Numbered from the whole stretch's first letter, positions 35,951 through 49,379 are shown. The stretch: 63,892 nucleotides of DNA, filler included, from Octopus bimaculoides (GCF_001194135.2; 5 parts of 4 records of this genome joined end to end with filler, not necessarily neighbours in it); one strand, 5' to 3'. Numbers and translations are program-made. Notes: generated from the letters alone by a model not told the origin.

Positions 35951-37034
35951 GCTACTTTATTTCATCAATATTTGGCAGTACACAGAAGTTTGCTAAAGTA
36001 GCAAAGGGGGCTGGACAATACAAAAGATGAAGTGAGGTGACAACATTTATGATAAGGATGAGACAGGCACCAGCACCTGCCGACCAATAACCCTTCGAAA
36101 TCTCTGTTCTTTTTTCTTTTTATATCTTTTTTATTTCAAATAGAATACCACAAATCAAAAATCAAAATCAAAAATAATTGAGGCACAAAACCCCTTAATC
36201 CACACCCTCGATTAATTCCCTTGCCGACCGCAGGCAAGCCTGCAGTGACATGTCAGGGCCTAGAAGGAGGAATGCAAACTCCTCCTTATTGAAGGAAGCC
36301 ATTATTTCAAATAGCTCCCTCCTCACTAACACCTCCGCAACCACCTGTGGAGGCCAACTTGGACAGTCCATGCAGACTGAGTCCATTTGATCCCAGTCTA
36401 CCACACAGCCACTCCTGCACCTAATGAAAATTGATCAGATAAGAGAAAGTAAGTTAAAGCACTATTATATTTATATGTGTGAGTGTGTGTGTGTGTGTAT
36501 GTGTATGTATTTAATTGCATTTTTTAAAAATATATGTGTGACAGGTGATGTTGTGGTGCTGTTTTCAGCTTTTCAAACACATGCATAAAGGCAATTTCTT
36601 TATGGATTATCTTATAACATTAGTTTGTGTTTGAACACTTGAAAACAGCAGAGAACACTTACAAATCTTCCTTTCTTCACGTCAGTTGTTGATTTCCTTT
36701 TTTAAAGATTTCTAAAAATATAATTGATAAATTTTGATAAAAAAAAATTGTTTTTCATATAAGTGTGTGTGTGTGTGTGTGTGTGTGTGTTGTGTGTGCA
36801 CATGTGTATGTTTTGTATTAAATATAAGTAAAATTTCTTCTAACCTTGGTAGATAGCTTTCACTAGAAGCGAAGAAGCCAAGCCTATTTTCAGATAATGA
36901 TTGTTATTGTTTGGCAGATATAAACACTGATTACAAAACAATTTATTCGCTGAAAGAATAAACAAAGCCAGCAACTTTGTCTGGGCTCTGAGTTCCAGCT
37001 ACTTTTGGCTGATGAAACACAACATGCCTGAACA

Positions 37035-37144
37035 CTAGTGTCCCTGAATGCTCTGCACCAGTGAGCTGAACGTGTTGAACACACTGTCATCAGTTATTCT
37101 CTGATGACATTCACTACAGTGACCAGTATATTTTACTTCTGAAC
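37035..37144 (-). CDS. Candidate terminal exon of an unidentified gene
   Basis: Acceptor tgtttaggcag, phase-1 reading SEVKYTGHCSECHQRITDDSVFNTFSSLVQSIQGH*, AATAAA about 90 nt downstream (36942-36947). Confidence 0.3.
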
Positions 37145-37274
37145 CTGCCTAAACATGTTAAGAATAAATATGTTGAATAATCCTTTTTTTCTGTCTGTAT
37201 TGAAATAAAGTATAATGATATAAAAAGGAGTAGGAAGAAAAAGTTCATTGGACGATTACAAGAACAAGCTATTA

Positions 37275-37385
37275 CATCATCATCATCATCATCATCGTTT
37301 AACGTCCGCTGTCCATGCTAGCATGGGTTGGACGATTTGACTGAGGACTGGTGAAACCGGATGGCAACACCAGGCTCCAGTCTGA
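37275..37385 (-). mobile_element. RTE 3'-tail fragment
   Basis: (CAT)n-cgtttaacgtccgctgtccatgctagcatgggttggacg. Confidence 0.75.
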
Positions 37386-37499
37386 TACTGTATATACATA
37401 CATGCACATGCATAGGCACTCACACATATGTGCACATATACATGTATTCATTTAAAATTTCAAAAAATGTGTCTCCATCAAGCAAGGCTACTAATACCC

Positions 37500-37705
37500 C
37501 TGGTACCATAGTGTCCTTGTAGAGAATATTGATGGCATTTTTCCGTTTAACCTATGGCAGCATGGAAAGTAGACATTAAATGATGATGATGTTGATAATG
37601 ATGATCTGCAATGTTCTCTGGAACACCATATGCATTTAGAATTTGCATTAATTTTCCAAGATAAACAATGTCGAATACTTTAATAAAATCTGCAAAGTCA
37701 CAGCA
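37500..37705 (-). mobile_element. RT fragment of a different RTE-like lineage, interrupted by a (CAT)n tail insert
   Basis: DFADFIKVFDIVYLGKLMQILNAYGVPEN ... NAINILYKDT. Confidence 0.6.
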
Positions 37706-39050
37706 TACCTCCAGAGGTCTCGGTCTTTTGTCATTACCTCTGTGAGGCCCAACATTCAAAGGTCATGCTTCACCACCTCATCCTATGTCTTCCTAGGTCT
37801 CCCTTTACCCCGGATTGCTTCAACTGTTTGGGAGTGGCACTTCTTCACACAGCTCTCCTCGTCCATTCGCAGTACATGACCATACCAATGCAAACGTCTC
37901 TCTTGCATGCCACATCCGATGCTTCTTATGTCTAACATTTCTCTCAGTGCGCTTACACTCTGTCGTGTGTGCATTACACATCCAGCGGATCAGGCTAGCT
38001 TCATTTCTTTCGAGCCTACACATGTCTTCAGCAGTCACAGCCCATGTTTCACTGCCATGAAGCATGGTAGTTTGCACACATGCTTCATACAATCTACCTT
38101 TCACTCTGAGCAAGAGGCCCTCTGTCACCAGTGGAGGTAGAAGCTTTCTAAACTTTGCCCAGGCTATTCTTATTCTAGTGGTAACACTCTCTGAGCATCC
38201 ACCCCCACTACAGACTTGGTCACCTAGGTAGCAGAAGCAATCAACTACTTCTAGTTTCTCCCCCTGGCATGTGATAGAATCTGTTTTCTGAGCATCTGTG
38301 GTGTTTATTGTCCCTGTGCATCTGTAGCACATGAAAGCTATCTTCTCAGTTAATCTTCCTTTGATGTTGCTGCATCTCTTATGTGTCCATAGCTTACACT
38401 GGGTACATCTTATGGAGTTTCTATCTACATCTTTTCTACAGATCGAGCAGGGCCACCTACCTGAAGGGGTGTGTGATGTGTTTACCTTCCTACTTACTAG
38501 AACTTTGGTCTTTGCAACATTGACTCTAAGGCCCTTCAATTCTAATCCTTGCTTCCATACCTGAAATTTCTTCACTAGTTCTGGTAGTGATTCTGCTATG
38601 AGGGCCAGGTCATCAGCATAGAGAAGCTCCCAGAGGCAACCTATTTTGAATTCCTCTGTTATTGCCTGGCGGGCTATGATGAATAAGAGGGGGCTGAGGG
38701 CTGATCCTTGGTGAACCCCTACTTCTACCCAGAATTCTTCACTATACTCATTGCCAATCCTAACCCTACTAACGACATCTCTGTATAGGGCTTGTACAGC
38801 CCTTATTAACTATTTGCCAATCCCCAGTTTCTGCATTGCCCACCAGATAAAGGATCAGGGGACCCTGTCAAAGGTTTTCTCCAAGTCCACAAAAGCCAAA
38901 TATAGGGGTTTATCTTTGGCTAGGTATTTCTCTTGAAGTTGCCATACCAGAAATATGGCATCAGTGGTGCTTCTACCTGGCACAAAACCAAACTGCATCT
39001 CATCTAAGCAGACTCTCTCCCTAATTAGTTGGGCTATGACCCTCTCCATG
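37706..39050 (-). mobile_element. RTE-clade LINE, RT through C-terminus
   Basis: MQFGFVPGRSTTDAIF..LQEKYLAKDKPLYLAFVDLEKTFDRVP; GVHQGSALSPLLFII; WELLYADDLALIAE; 251-aa open frame with C4HC3 finger; GRPRKT. Confidence 0.93.
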
Positions 39051-39219
39051 ACATTTTTCTCTAAACATGAAACTTAAGTTGTTTCCAAGACCATAATATA
39101 CTGTATATAAAATATTCATAATTCTTAAATGTACTGAGTATATATTACAGAAGTTTTTGTTTACTAGAAAATATTTAAGGTGTCTAACACATGCTTATGA
39201 GATTTTTTTATTTTGGAAG

Positions 39220-39552
39220 GCTGAAAGGAGTCCCATACAAGTAAGTTCATGTTTGATAGAAGATGTGAGACATAGTTTAACAGAAATAATTCATCAGATG
39301 GACCTTAGTCTCATTGAGAAGTCATGTGCTGTTTTAATGAACTGCTTTAATGAAGCAGACTTTATAATCGAAGGTATTCATGTTGTGACTATCCTAGTTT
39401 ATTTATCTAAGGTTGAATTATCCAATGTATACTTTTTTGTTTTTGAGCTGGTAAATATAATCTGAATAGATTTTGCTGCTTTTTTTCTAGCAATTTATGC
39501 AACTATATATAAGGTGTCTCTTCCAGGTGAAGAATTGTTCGGTTTTAACTAA
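39220..39552 (+). CDS. Candidate two-exon coding segment (39220-39373 and 39491-39552) of an unidentified gene
   Basis: Open frame AERSPIQVSSCLIEDVRHSLTEIIHQMDLSLIEKSCAVLMNCFNEADFIIE, donor AAG|gtattc, 117-nt intron ending gctttttttctag, phase-compatible AIYATIYKVSLPGEELFGFN*. Confidence 0.35.
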
Positions 39553-39949
39553 AGAAGTTATATATAAAGTTTGAAATTGAAAGGAGTAAATCAATTTCAA
39601 GCTACCTTCACAACAGTTAGAAGCAGGTATAGCTGTGTATTTAAGACTGTTTCATAGCCACATACTTCTGAGTTCACTTTCATTGCATGAATCCTTGGAT
39701 AATTTTTTTTTCTTCTGTTGGTGTAAGCTTGTGAGAGAAACTTAATCAATGAAAACAGTTTCTAAGCCTTTTTTGTATATGTGTGTACATCAGCAAGGAA
39801 TATAAGAAAACCCACCAAAAATATTCTATTGTTTTATGGATTAAGTCCCTTGAGTTGTTTTACATTGGGTTATTCTCTTGTCACAATCATCATCAAAAAC
39901 GTTGTTAATTAGTGACTGGTTCATTAGAAACCACTAATCAATGACTCCG

Positions 39950-40360
39950 TTCTTTCTTTTATGTTTTACTTGTTTCAGTCATTAGACTACAGCCATGCTG
40001 GGGTACTACCTTGAAGGATTTTAGTCAAAGAAATTGGCCCCACAACTTATTACTTTCTGTAAAATTTGGTACCTATTCTATTGGTTGCTTTTACTGAACT
40101 GCTAAGTTACAAGGACATAGACACACCAATACTGGTTGTCAAGCTTATATACATATATATCTGTGTGTAGGGGGGGTGTTCATGTACGCACGCACATATA
40201 TGACAAGCTTCTTTCAGTTTTTGTCTACCAAAGCTACTCATTAGGCTTTGTTTGGCTTGAGGCTATAGTAGAAGATACCTGCCCATGATGCCATGCTGCG
40301 GGACTGAGCGTGGAACCATGTTGTTGGGAAGCAAACTTCTTACTACACAGCTATGCTTAC
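39950..40360 (-). mobile_element. SINE family B, full length, diverged
   Basis: ttttacttgtttcagtcattagactacagccatgctgg...ggctatagtagaagatacctgcccatgatgcc...gggaagcaaacttcttactacacag. Confidence 0.8.
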
Positions 40361-40914
40361 AGAAATTTGCAATATAAAAAAAGAAAAAGAAGTAAGTAGG
40401 TAAGTTTTAGGAATTTCATAATCTATTGTATTATCAGAGTACATCTAAAGGTTTTGCCTCCATGCAGTGTATCCAGAGTATCTAATTCAATCCATTCTAT
40501 AAGCTATACTCATTATGGATTAGAACTCAGCATCTCAGGCTTCTCAGAGTTCTTTTTGTTTATAGTAAGCTGTTCCACTTCAGATGCCTCAATAACATAT
40601 AATTTTTAGTTAACTTTGTCACAATCATAGCTCGTTACCTGTAAACTAGCTTATAGAAGTAAAGTCAGCTAACTGCGACTTACATGCATGGTGTTCTTTC
40701 TAAAGAAATAAGAAGATAGACTGTTCTTTTTAACTATTAGACTGTGACAAACATTTTGTGAATAGGAGATGTGTCACTAGAACGTGTAAACAGATTGCTG
40801 AATATATATCAAACCACACAGCTTAAAAGATTGTTGCTTTCTGAATTAGAGCAAATATGAAAACTGACTGATTGAAAATTTTACCACACACATAAAAGTG
40901 CAGCCAACTAAATA

Positions 40915-41135
40915 ATATTGGTTCCAAATTTTGGCACAAGACCAGTAATTTTTGGAGAGAGGATTAGTTGGTTACATCAATTCCAGTGTTTGACTGTTAC
41001 TTGTTTTATTGGCTCTGAAAGTATGAAAGGTAAAGCTGACCTCAGCAGAATTTGAATTCAGAAAAGACAGATGAAATGCTGCTAAGCATTTTGTCTAGTG
41101 TACAAATGTTTCTGCCTGTTTACTGCCTTAGCTAA
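40915..41135 (-). mobile_element. SINE family A
   Basis: Homologous to other copies. Confidence 0.75.
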
Positions 41136-41159
41136 CTAAATAATGTTAATACTATATTC

Positions 41160-41297
41160 AGGGTGGAGACCTGGCAGACTGTTATAATGCAGAACAAAAT
41201 GCTTAGTGGTATATCATCCATCTTTATGTTCTGAGTTCAAATTCTGCTGAGGTTAATTTCGCCTTTCATCCTTTCAGAGTTGATAAAATAAGTACGG
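41160..41297 (+). mobile_element. SINE family A, 3'-truncated, head-to-head with the previous copy
   Basis: ctggcagactgtta...ttctgagttcaaattctgctgagg...ataaaataagtac. Confidence 0.75.
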
Positions 41298-41945
41298 TTC
41301 TTTTCTAATTTTGTTAATATCCAGGAATGTATATCTGCATCTTTGCTTGCAGTAAGCCCTTGAACAAAAATTAAACACTTAAACATGTCCAGGGTTAACT
41401 CATTCAATTTGAATTTCTCACTCTCTCTGTTAACCACTCTGGCATAGGTGACGAAATCTTCTTTATCTTTTTTGACCAAATTTAAACATTTTTCAGCGAG
41501 TATTGAACAGGGAACTTCTTTCATTGAGAATTTTTGACAAAAAAATTAATTGTTTCATAGAAACAAATCTCACCTGGCTTCTTTGGCAGAATATAATTAC
41601 TATATTTTTCGTGTTTAGCAGAGGATAACTTTCTTAAAAGTAGTCGTGCTTTTTTCTTGTTGGATCAACTTTTACACTCTTCTTTGAAGATTTCTTCATA
41701 TCTTTGAAAATATGCAGAGAAGGTAATCCCTTCTTCTGGATTATAGCTGAAGAATTCAGTTGAGTTTGTCCTGCTGTCTGGCAAGTATAAACCTGGAGTA
41801 TTTTCAAACTTCTTCAACATTAATTCTAGCAACTGTTGGTTTTGTTGTTGTTACTGCTGCTGCTGTAATTGTTGCTGTAGTAGCTGTTGTTGTTGTTGCT
41901 GTTGAAACTGCACAATGGAGGCCAATAAATCTTTCATGTTAAAAC
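41298..41945 (-). mobile_element. Gypsy gag fragment (Mag-like by resemblance)
   Basis: KCLNLVKKDKEDFVTYARVVNRESEKFKLNELTLDMFKCLIFVQGLTASKDADI..ILTKLE, preceded by a Thr/Ala-rich N-terminal stretch. Confidence 0.75.
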
Positions 41946-42169
41946 GATTTTTTCTTTGGTCTTGTTCCCCACCCAAATTTAAACGTTCAATGCTCGGCTG
42001 TCTCCCGGAACCCATCTAGTGGCCTTGGCCATCCTCTCCCCTACCTTTGGGTAGCGCATAAAGTTTGAGTAATGATTGCAGGTTGTAGGTACTGTTTTGC
42101 TTATGAATTCTTCCAATTGCAAGTTTTTTTTTCAGGTACACGACACTGCTTTTTCCCTTCCCAGGCTAC

Positions 42170-42301
42170 AGGCCCACACCCCAACACCCATACTGTTAGG
42201 ATTGGCACTCTCAACGTCGGCACGCTGAAAGGTAGATCTGGTGAAATTGTTGAGATGCTTGAACGGAGACGCGTAGATATGTGCTGCATCCAGGAAGTAA
42301 G
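42170..42301 (+). mobile_element. RTE LINE 5' end, AP-endonuclease start
   Basis: TVRIGTLNVGTLKGRSGEIVEMLERRRVDMCCIQEV; runs into gap. Confidence 0.85.
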
Positions 42302-42803
42302 NNNNNNNNNNNNNNNNNNNNNNNNNNNNNNNNNNNNNNNNNNNNTTAATTAATTAANNNNNNNNNNNNNNNNNNNNNNNNNNNNNNNNNNNNNNNNNNN
42401 NATATATATATATATATAAATAACCATACATGTGAAAAATATAAAGCAGATGTTAGAAAGCATCGAAGTATCATGAGACTGTTAGGATTCGTCGTTAAAA
42501 TGCTGACTTATCGTGATTATTTATTATTATTGCAAATCCTCAATGTCGCCATGTCTATCACTATTTCGGTCTGACAGTGTGAAATATTAGGCGCAATCCA
42601 AATCCAAGAAAGTGATTGGAATCATTGATACCGATGTGATACTTAATATGATTTAAAGCAATCACTTACGCATGTAACTCTTATTGCATGAAAATTCATT
42701 ATGCATGATCTTCCCAATATACAGAGACTTGATACAGGACTTTTGTATTTATTTCGGACAAGGCTTTTGCACGGAATTATTAAGCATACATTTAACGGTG
42801 CGC

Positions 42804-42804
<1 letters not shown>

Positions 42805-42885
<81 letters not shown>
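42805..42885 (+). repeat. (TCTA)n microsatellite
   Basis: Direct inspection. Confidence 0.95.
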
Positions 42886-42889
<4 letters not shown>

Positions 42890-43574
42890 TTTACCTGTCT
42901 CTCATTCTCTATCTGTATACTTATATAAATTGCTTTCCATTACTTTTAATTATATTATAGTTGACATGAATTTTTGAACCACTTTGCATTCTTCCGCTTT
43001 TAAACCTCTATAACTTTTAAAAATTACTTTTCTGGAAAAAATGAATTAGCTCCTGAGATTCAGCGTGAAAAATTACATCAATGCACCAAATTTTAAAATT
43101 TTCATTAAACTTTAAAATTTTCGCAGGTGCAGCCAAACAGAAAAGATCCGGAACAAGTTACGTAAGATAAGTATAAGATGGTCCAACACTGTCGTCATAC
43201 TGCATACATACACGCGCACCCCCCCACACACTACACACACAGAGGCACACATATATTTACACATACATACCCACATGTACAGTATAAATAAAATATGGAA
43301 AGCATATGCTTTCCTGTGCTTTCTGTGCTTTATAAAACGTACACGCGTTTCGACAAATTTTCATCATGATCACATAACTGTTCTTGAAACACAATTTTTG
43401 AAGTTTGAAGGCACCTCATCAATGTTCAGCAAGATATACCACTATTGAGCCTGAAATTTAGTTACGTGTCGCGCTTCACAGCACACATTCTCTCGCTTAT
43501 TCTCCTTCTTCCTCTCTTTCTCTTCCTCTTTCTCTTTCTCTCTCTTTCTCTTTCTTTCTGTCTCTCTCTGTCTC

Positions 43575-43610
<36 letters not shown>

Positions 43611-44221
43611 CACATAACACACGCAACGCACATTAAGAACATGGTCACACATATAATGTGTATGGTTTTGAGAGTGAGTGAGTGTGTTGCGTATGTTAGT
43701 GAATAATTTTTATGTTTTTATGGTATTAGATTTTAATATTTTCCTCTCGTAAATTTGCTCAGATCAAGATCAGAAAAAAGAGAAGAAAACAAATATCGAA
43801 CACGTAGAACAGTGGAAATTTTGAAATGGAGAATAAAATTCATAGGGAAAAAACACATTTTGTTAAAAAGAATATTGACAAAATATTAATGCAATGCTTG
43901 AAAGTTTCAATTTACATTNNNNNNNNNNNNNNNNNNNNNNNNNNNNNNNNNNNNNNNNNNNNNNNNNNNNNNNNNNNNNNNNNNNNNNNNNNNNNNNNNN
44001 NNNNNNNNNNNNNNNNNNNNNNNNNNNNNNNNNNNNNNNNNNNNNNNNNNNNNNNNNNNNNNNNNNNNNNNNNNNNNNNNNNNNNNNNNNNNNNNNNNNN
44101 NNNNNNNNNNNNNNNNNNNNNNNNNNNNNNNNNNNNNNNNNNNNNNNNNNNNNNNNNNNNNNNNNNNNNNNNNNNNNNNNNNNNNNNNNNNNNNNNNNNN
44201 NNNNNNNNNNNNNNNNNNTAT

Positions 44222-44265
<44 letters not shown>

Positions 44266-44992
44266 CATATATATACATATATACATATACATACATACAC
44301 ACACATATATACATATGTATATATATATATGTGCATATATTTATTTGTATATATGCTTATATACATAAATATGCATACACATTGCTATATGTCTATGTTT
44401 ACATACATACATTATACATATATTTGTGTGTGTATATATGTATATATTTATTCATCATCATATCCTCACACACAAACGCACGCATGCACACGCACATACA
44501 CACGTATATCCACGTCTATATATATATATATTTACACCTATATAAATAATATACTCAAATATACTTATATACATATTATGCATACACTTGTACGAACCCA
44601 CATACGCACCGACACACAGGCACACACACCGACACACAGGCACACACACACAGACACAGACACAGAGACACAAACACACACAAACACACACGAACACACA
44701 GACACAGACACACAAACACACATACTGACGCACACACACACACACATACACACACACACACACACACAGAGACAGACACACAAACACAAACTTCTAGAGT
44801 TTTTCAATTTTAAAAGTATAGCGTTTATATTTGTATAATTTATGTTTGTTCTTTCGAAATTGATTTTCGTATTTATGATTTGCCTTTGTCTGTCCCGGGA
44901 GTTCGATCATGTGAATATAATGTTAGAATAAATATAACATAATATGATGTAATATAACATATATGTATATATATGTATATATTTTATATCTC

Positions 44993-45044
<52 letters not shown>

Positions 45045-45167
45045 CCTATCTATCTATCTATCTATCTAAACATTGTACGCATCCACACACATATGTTTAA
45101 GTATATACTATATATTTCTGCTTACGTACGATTTGTGTATGCATATATATATATATATATATATATA

Positions 45168-45290
45168 TGGGAGAATTTACGAAACAAACAACAGACGAAG
45201 ACAGGTGGTGTAAACAACAAATGGATGTATTAGTTTAACGCTCGGGAATAGAGAAAGTCTTTGACGTTTCGAGCCTACGCTCTTGGATGT
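45168..45290 (-). mobile_element. PLE pseudo-LTR remnant with 3' half of a hammerhead
   Basis: Reverse complement gagcgtaggctc-GAAAC-GTC-aaagac; CUGANGA core missing. Confidence 0.6.
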
Positions 45291-45419
45291 TATGGAGAAG
45301 ATATGTATACAAAGATAGGGGTGAAAACGTTATAAAGTATATAACAGGACGAATTAAAAATTTATAAACCACATAAATTATCATGAAAATATATATTGAA
45401 AAGTATGATAAAATATACA

Positions 45420-45630
45420 ATATTGGTTTCTTATTTTGGCACAAGGCCAGCAATTTCGAAGGAGAGGGTAAGCCGATTAGATCGACCCCAGTGTCTAACT
45501 GGTATTTATTTTATCGACCATGAACCTATGAAAGGCAAAGTGAACCTCGGTGGAATTTGAACTGGGAACCTAAAGGTGGATGAAATGCAGCCAATTATTT
45601 TACCCAGCGTTAACAATTTTGACAGCTCAT
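45420..45630 (-). mobile_element. SINE family A
   Basis: gcacaaggccagcaatttcg...gaaaggcaaagtgaacctcggtggaatttgaac. Confidence 0.75.
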
Positions 45631-48600
45631 CGCTCTGGAATAGAACAATATTTATATGAAAAATTAGTCTACTTCCCCGATAACACCTGCTCTATGATTC
45701 ACCATGGTATCATTCACAGTAGAAGAGGCTAAAACCTTCGTGAAGAGTTCTCATGTTATAATGGGCAAGAAAAATCTACTGGATCGTTGAAATATATTTT
45801 GTAAAATCTTTTGAGAGTCGGAATATTGGTTAAAATGTGATCTCATTTCATTCTCGATTTGCACATCATGTGGATATATATTTTGTGCCTTGTTAAAAGA
45901 TTTGTTCTAAAAGGCTGTGAATTTCACTCTATTTAAGCTGAAGTGGTAGGTCATTAGCTCTCCTTCATAAGATATGTATTCTCTAGCAGAAAAAAGTTCC
46001 TTGTTTATAGGACGTGTATTGCATCACAATTTTTAAAAAAGTCAGCCTGTTTGGTTCTATACTCATAAGTGGATGGACTGCTACCTCCGCGAAGGAGTGC
46101 TTCTTGCTCGCTTCCTGATGTAAGTTGTCGTTGAGTGGTGGTAGCTGGCTCTCTGTCTTTGCCGGTTGTGGTTGTGAGGAGGAAGAAGGACTTGATTCAC
46201 GAAAGGTGCCTATATAAGTTAGCCTTAATTTCCTTTGTCATCGCCACTGTTTTGGTGGTTAAGTTACTTTTGCATATATGTCAGCCTCAGTGCATGTCTG
46301 TATCATCAACAACAGAATCTTCTGACCACCACAGTGTGAGTATTGGCAACAATTGAATTTCCTGACCAGTGGAGCCTCCCTCTGCCATAAAGGACAACTT
46401 TCTCGCGCTCAATATGTGTGTGAGTGGCCAGCCTGTTAGTCAACTCATTCTATTTTCTATCCACCAGGTGGTCCGGCTGAAGCAAACTCCCAGCACTTTG
46501 CTAGGGGCTTGCATCCAGTAACAAAAGCTACCGCTAACCAGCATGAGCTTGTCTCTCCAGGAATCGAGCTGCAAACCCACCGATTTGCTAAGATTATCTA
46601 TTTACCAAAGTAGCAAAAATACATTATCTATAAAATTCTTGTTGCATCTAAAATTGCTACACGCTCAAAAGAAACCTCGATTTTTATTACCTTGTCAGGC
46701 GGCAGCCAAGCAGACAGGTAGGCAGAGAGTAACAGGCAATAAAACGACAAGGGACTGAAAATGTTTGTGAAAGGAGGTGCCAATCGTCAGAAAGAAGAGA
46801 AAATATAACGACAAGAAGCTATTAACATTGAGTTAACTGAACCCTAATTTTCAATAACGTCAATGCATTGCTCATTATCATAGAACATCTTTAAAGTAAT
46901 GAAATAATGATATAAAGATATATTTATCCTATAAAATAGAAATATGTGAATTATAAAACTTGGTATTTTCACAACCTCACATAGTTGTATATTGCTTTAT
47001 ATGATATATAAGAAAATCATATTTTTATCCATCGTAATATTTAGTTATAAGCCTTACAATAATATCTATTTAGTTATATTCGTTCTCTTAATATTTTGAA
47101 AATGAATTGAATACTGATATCCTGCACATGCCTTGAATTGAGAAGAAAGGAATAGTTGATTATATCGATTGTAGTAATTGATTGCTACCTTTTCTTTTAT
47201 CGATTCCGCAAGGATGAAAAGCGAAGTGGGCCATGGTGGAATTTGAACTTGGAGCATAATGAACAGAAGCAACTAATTAGTTGTGCGGTACCAGTGAGAG
47301 GTGTTTTAAGGCATGTCCACGGATTCCTCAAAGCCTTGCCTGAGAAATTTGGTTGACAAAAACTGCTTGAAAGCTCAATGAGGTAGCCATTCTTGTTTTT
47401 GAATGGTAAACTTAAACTTAATCCGCTACCCATTTTAAGGCCATTCCCTAGCCCAAGGGCGACTTTAGCGGAATCCACCATGTGTTACATACATTCCAGC
47501 CAAGTCTCTAGTTTGAGGACATCATTCTCTGTCCCTCCCAACAGTCTTGAAAGTCAGAAAGTTATCATAAGCGCTATCCGTTCTCCTCTGACCAAAGTAT
47601 TAAAGAAGTAAGAACAAAAGTTGCGATAAAGTTTTGGTTTTGTTTCCTATTCGTAATTATTTTACCATACAGGAACAATTACTGCAACAGTTCATTTCGT
47701 CCTTTGTCTCTGTGTCGACAATCTAAGGCCAAAATGTCAAAAACTATGTTAACTTGAAGGTAAAGTTGCAGTATGATGACCGTCATTGTGAATAAATTAA
47801 TGAGAATTCAGAATGAAGTCTACATATAAAAAAAAAACAACAAAACTAAATTAGTCATCAAATGTTGAAACAAGAGCTAATGATTTTTTCCCCATTTATC
47901 TTTGATTGTGTGTTTATTCAATTATAAATTAGGTTAATAGCTGTAGAACTACAATTCCTTCGGGTCATAAACGGAATCAGTATGAAAATCCTTTACTAAA
48001 CTATAAATATAAAAAGTAAAACCATTCTCTAAGTTTTCAGTATTTTAGCAATCAAAAACAAAACATGGTAAAGAGAGAGAAAAATTAGAAAAGTTAAATC
48101 ATTGTCTTCTTTTATCTTTTTATATATATTTTGGCATTGGCTGATTCTCTTTAAATTTTCCTGCAGAAATATTTCCATTAAGCAATTTGTTATTCGAAAT
48201 GCTACTTAATATTAATAAGAAAGTTTCGTTCCAATTATGAGGATGTCAAGGATTTTAAAGTGAAGTAATTGCCGCCTTATCTTTACGTTATTCTTTTTAA
48301 TGGTAATGACATTAAAAATCAGCATCAAAATCAGCAATAACACCGCAAACAATGAAGCAATAACAACGGGAATTGTGATAGTGAAAACAAAATCAATAGT
48401 TCACAGAGTAATGACTGTGAAAAACAAACAGAAAACTCAATAAAAACAAATAAACAAACAGGCGCTAAAACGCTAAGGCGGCTAAGAAAGAAGTAATAAA
48501 CATTTGTGGATAATGGATGTAGTGTTTAGATTATATTGACGCTTCAGTACAAATATAGTCAGGACGATGACTATGTAAACAATATGAATTTGTAAAGTTA

Positions 48601-48887
48601 AAAGCTATAGTAATATCTACGATAATAGCATTTTTAAATTGTATAGGACTGAACTAAAATCTCTTGTGTATTCTGAATGTAGGACAGCGGAGAAAGGATT
48701 TAAATAATGACAAGAATAATAACAGATAGTAATAGATACGCGATTCTTGTTTGAAACACTCAGCTACTTAATATGGATACTATACACATATAAATACATA
48801 CATACATGCATACATAGATATATTAACTCTCACTGTACGTATATATGTCTCTTTCTCTCTCTCTCGATGTGTATATATATGTATACA

Positions 48888-48949
<62 letters not shown>

Positions 48950-49379
48950 TATACATATGTGCATATATATGTATGAATATACATATATGCATACATATGT
49001 ATGCACACACACACATATATATATGTGTGTGTGTGTGAGTGTATGCATATGTGCATATGTGTCTGTGAGTATTTATAAAGACGTATTCTAGGAATGATTA
49101 ATTGTTTTTCTCTGGTTCTATTGACTTCTACACGTGAAAATGCAAATTTGAAAATACATACATTTAAAATCACTTAAACTAAAAATATATAATTGTTCTT
49201 CATATCAGATATGTGTATACGTCGTTGCTGATGCTGATACCACTCAATCTCATGTTAGTTCATATCTAGTAGACGTTTGATCGAAAGTATTTCAGCTACG
49301 GTTACCTAACATCTCTCTCTATATTTTATATTATCTTATATATGTTATATATATTTGTGTATTGAAACCACCTGAAAAC

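Noticed and set aside
36195-36404. GC-richer ORF-like fragments (also 30375-30520, 46080-46560, 47280-47620)
   Set aside because: Probably retroelement remnants, but no diagnostic motif recognised
43335-43375. Hammerhead-like ATGATGA...GAAACGCGT on the minus strand
   Set aside because: C3 is mutated and stems I and II do not pair convincingly
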